From assembly GCF_001194135.2 (NCBI RefSeq), contig NC_068983.1, positions 57,394,135-57,445,778 on the forward strand: 51,644 nt of DNA, read 5' to 3'. The notes under the pieces are model-generated. The model did no database searches and was not told where the DNA came from. It saw only the letters and a list, made by a program, of their open reading frames with translations. Shown here piece after piece: positions 47,290-51,644 of the stretch (the first letter of the stretch is position 1; each line of letters opens with the position of its first letter). This stretch comes from Octopus bimaculoides. Its lineage: Eukaryota. A program made the position numbers and the translations under genes.

Positions 47290-47520
47290 AGGAGGCGAGC
47301 TGGCAGAATCATTAGCATGCCAGGCGAAATGCTTAACGGTATTTTGTCTGCCACTGCGTTCTGAGTTCAAATTCCGCCGAGGTCGACTTTGCCTTTCATC
47401 CTTTCGGGGTCGATAAATTAAGTACCAGTTACGCACTGGGGTCGATATAATCGACTTAATCCGTTTGTCTGTCCTTGTTTGTCCCCTCTGTGTGTAGCCC
47501 CTTGTGGGCAGTAAAGAAAT
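47290..47520 (+). mobile_element. SINE family B, full length and well preserved
   Basis: A box-like TGGCAGAATCATT, B box GAGTTCAAATTCC, body to TAAAGAAATA; followed by more family B fragments to ~48560 and at 49720-49865. Confidence 0.95.
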
Positions 47521-47882
47521 AGGTATTTTGTCTGCCGTTACATTCTGAGTTCAAATTCCGCCGGGGAAGACTTTACCTTTCATTCTTTCGGGGGTGGGGG
47601 AGGGCGATGAAATACCAGTTACACACTGGAGGGGTCGATGTAATCATCAAGCCCCCTTCCACCAAAAAACTTTCAAAACTTTGTGCTTAGAGTAGAAATA
47701 ATTATTAACATTATTATTTTTATTATTATTATTAATATTGTTGTTGTTGTAAGGCAATGAAGTGGTGAAATCATTAGAACATAAACACGAATGCAATGTC
47801 ACTTAGGAGTTTGTCCAGCATGGTGAGTTCAAATTCTACTGAGGTGGACTCTGCCTATCATTCTTTTGGGGTCAATAAATTA

Positions 47883-48226
47883 CCGTATTTGATGGCCTAT
47901 AAGACGCATGAGTGCATAGGACACACCCTAGACTAGGTTGTACTTTTGTAAAATAAATTACCACTAAAATAATGTTTTAATTCCCCCACTTACCTGTATA
48001 ACTTTATGTTATTACAGGTAATTATAAGCAATTTATTGCATCCCCATTCGATATAAACATACCGTAGGCGATTGCTCACCAATAGATGGCGGCACGTGTT
48101 TTGTAAATGTACATACTGTTTTGAGTGAGTTTTGAGCCTGTATTGAGTGCATTGGATGCAGGGGGACTTTTTAAGCCATTTTGGGGTAAAAAAAAAAAAG
48201 CGCATCTTATAGACCATCAAATACGG
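47883..48226. mobile_element. Tc1/mariner-superfamily (pogo/Tigger-like) MITE inserted in a SINE
   Basis: TA|CCGTATTTGATGGCCTATAAGACGC ... GCATCTTATAGACCATCAAATACGG|TA; splits the SINE motif AAATTA/AGT.CCAGTTG. Confidence 0.9.
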
Positions 48227-48659
48227 TAAGTGTCAGTTGTGTACTGGGATCGATCTAATTGATTGCCCCCCCTCCTATCAAAATTTCAGGCCTTGTGCCT
48301 ATGGTAAAAAGGGTTATTATTATTGTTGTTGTAGTTGTAAGGCAATGAAGTGGTGAAATCATTAGAACATAAACACGAATGCAATGTCACTTAACATTTT
48401 GTCCAGCATGGTGAGTTCGATTTCTGCTGAGGTGGACTTTGCCTTTCATTCTTCTAGGGGTCAATAAAATAAGTACAAATTGAGTATTGGGACCAATGCA
48501 ATTGATTAACCCCTCTGCAACCACTTTAGGACCTGTGTCTCCACTAGAAAGGATTAGAGTTGTTAATATTATTTTTCCACTTGCTTTTGTTTCTATTATT
48601 ATTATTGAGTGAGAGAGAGCAGTGCATGCCACCAAAGTGGCACTGGGGTACAAATATAC

Positions 48660-49654
48660 TGTTACGAACGCCCGCACGCGAAGCACCTCCTTAACACCGA
48701 AGAGGGGACTAGCGCACGCGCGAACGTTCAACACTCAGTGAGCTAGCAAATTCGTCTGTCGGTCACCTGACCTCGATAATAAAGCCCCGGCTGGAGCACG
48801 TAACGAAGAACAACACAGGCAAATAGGACGGGGAGGAAGAAACAACACGAAGACCATGCGTTGGGTAACCTTTTTTTTTTACATACATAACATCACAGAA
48901 TACATTTAAAACATTAGAATAGAGCAATTCATAATAACAATTCCAATACATGGCATAACAGTTCAATAACGTTGACAAAGTTTCCAAACAATTACAAGCT
49001 TTTCAATCATTTTTACATCCCAAAGTTCGTGTCTCAAGTTTCATTTGACAACAAAGTTCTTCTGCTTCTTTCTTTTGTATTTCTTTTCTTTTCCTTTCTT
49101 TTAGAAGCATTTAACAACACAGTTAACAACTCAGAGTTCTTTTTCTCTAAAATAATATAAAAGCATTTACCACAACGAAGTTTGTTTCCTTCAGGTCTGC
49201 TACTTCCACTGACCAAGGCAGTCTGCCACTACAATTTCGTCTCTCTCTCTCTGGGACTCTATGCGTTTCTGCTGACCATAACTTTCTCTGCCAGACTTAT
49301 AATTCTTCTTTCTTCATCTCTGTACAACTGCTTCATCTCCACGGGCAAACTGCTGTCCCCCAACTGCTTCGGATGACTGCTACCACTCGACACAACAGAT
49401 CCTGCTGGCTCCCAGAGCTCGACTGCCTCGGCTGGCTGCTACAACCCAACTGCCTCGATGGGTCGGTCGGTACATTCCTATCCTGCCGATTTTGAACTTT
49501 CGCTGACCGGAAAGGGGCAGCTACGCTAAAAATAGCTGTGGTTGCAGACAAGACAAAAGAAATACCATTCTCCCCAACTGACCAGAGTACGGGTTCAAAA
49601 CCCAGCCCGGGAAATAGGGATATAATGCTAATTGTATTTTCGGTCGTCGCATCA
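48660..49654. mobile_element. Probable solo LTR (TG...CA, 4-bp TSD ATAC)
   Basis: ATAC|TGTTACG ... GTCGCATCA|ATAC; interrupts a repeat whose uninterrupted form is at 49868-49985. Confidence 0.75.
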
Positions 49655-51325
49655 ATACAAAGCCCTGTATATCCATTATGACTACCCATCTGATATGGGT
49701 ACACCAAGTGTCTGTCTTCACGTTGTGAGTTCAAATGCCGCCAGGGTCGACTTTGTCTTTCATCCTTTTGGGGTCAATAAATTAAGTACCAGTTGCATAC
49801 TGTGGTCAATCTAATTGACTACCCCACCCCCAATTTCAGTCCTTGTACCTATAATAGAAAGGATTATTGAGTGAGAGAGTAGTGCATGCTATCAAAGTGA
49901 CACTGGGGAACAAATATATGAAGCGCAGTATACCCACCATGGCTACCCGTCTGATAAGGGTATACCAGGCACATGCATCACAACTCTGTGAAGTGGTTGG
50001 TATAGAAAAGTCATCAAGCTGCTCAAACCATTCTAAAGCAAACATTGGAGTTGGGCACAGAATCTTGTGGCTCATCATTTCATGCTGAACTGTCCAGTCC
50101 ATGCCAGCATGGAAAAAGATATGTTGAGGGATGTTAAATAATGATGATTACATAAAGCAGTGGTATCAGAAGTCTCTTCTCTTACCTTTTGCAATATTCT
50201 CAAAATTGTAGATTTTTTTTCTTCTACATTTGAAAGTTAATCCATTTCTGAATCAATAGGCCAATATCTTTAATTTTATTGCTAAGTTCTAATTACCCCT
50301 GTATGTGTTTGCTCGGCCTGCTTGAAATAGCAACCAAATTTCCTTCAAATCACACTTCACTAGCATAGTCAGAGAAGTATATTGGTGACTCCCGCTACCT
50401 GACTGATTTGCTATTTTGCTAATACTCAGAAGAATAACAGCAAAGCTAATCTTGGCAAGATTTGAACTCAGAACATAAAGGTCCATGGCTAAATAACACA
50501 CAGCATGCTTCTGTACTTTGCACTGATGACTCTGTTAATTAACTGCCAACACTTGATTTAATTAGAACCTGAGCTTAGAAACTAAGAGATGAAACAGTAA
50601 GCGTTATAATGTTAGAATGCACGTAGCCTTTAATAATCATTATGGCTCAACCAGTTTTCCCGCCCTTCTAATTAATAAAAAATAATTATTATAATATGTT
50701 AATGACTATGGTGTAGTCCTACTTAATTTTTCATAAATCCAATTTCTTCTTTTTCTTCTTCCCTGATTGCTTATAAAAATTAAATGATAAAAGCAAGATG
50801 AAATCCTCTAATTGGAACAAGTCGTTTAAAAACAAAAGGAAAATGAATTACGTAAGATAATTACAAACAGCATTTTCTTTTATTCGAAAGCAACAAATAA
50901 TAAGAAATCATACCTTCATCAGAAGCCTGCAGAAATTATTGTTGTCGTTGTTGTTGTTGTTGTTGTTGTTGTTGTAGCAACAGTAGTAGTAGTAGCTACA
51001 TTCAAATTTTTATCCCCTTTGAAAAAGAATTACGCAAGAAACTTTTAAAATGTGTTGCAGTTGATTAGGAGGCATTCATTCTTTAATGAAATGAAATCTG
51101 TAAATCAAGTGCTGTAATAATTTTCTTCTGTTCTCTACATTTCAGAATTACGAATATTCAAGAATATTGATCTTAATTCTCTCTTTTTACTAGTTAATTT
51201 ATTTTTCATTTTTTTTTATATGAATGTATATATATGTGTGTGCATGTATATATAAATACATACACACACACACTCACATACCTATACATACATGCATGCA
51301 TAAATATATACATAGTTGTATATGA

Positions 51326-51407
<82 letters not shown>

Positions 51408-51644
51408 GCTACTTCTAGCATGTAAGGCTGCTTGTTAAGGGTCACGTCATTTTGTGTTTAAATGTACACTAATTTTATATGTATATGTATATACTTACAC
51501 ACACATATGCAAGTATGTCCATACACACACACACACACACATACAAGAAAGCAAAGTTGACAGAAGTTAGAAATAAGATAACAAATCTTCTGAAATACAT
51601 ACATACGTGCATACATACATACATACATACATGTATATATATAT

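Noticed and set aside
1-51644. CRISPR arrays, rRNA or prokaryotic operons
   Set aside because: No regularly spaced repeat-spacer array, rRNA motif or gene-dense region; the sequence is eukaryotic repeat-rich DNA.

Overview
AT-rich, gap-containing (N runs) animal genomic DNA made mostly of transposon relics and microsatellites. There is no long intact protein-coding ORF; nearly all ORFs in the track are microsatellite or N-run artefacts. The repeat repertoire (several abundant tRNA-headed SINEs, RTE LINE 3' ends, mariner, hAT, Helitron and RLE-type non-LTR relics) looks like an Octopus-type cephalopod genome (inference from family recognition). The window may lie within long introns of a + strand gene: there are two candidate in-frame microexons (13461-13487, 17154-17174) and one candidate terminal exon (43919-43980). 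The most striking signal is a set of minimal type I hammerhead ribozyme (HHR) motifs of the kind known from Penelope-like elements and retrozymes. They belong to at least four unrelated non-coding families (6272-6313, 8371-8426, 31342-31393, plus three copies of one family). That last family is a tRNA-headed, SINE-like element whose tail carries an HHR and whose copies have inverted segments at their 5' side (14910-15404, 19274-19522, 23120-23427). All structures were read by eye; none has been folded computationally or searched against databases.
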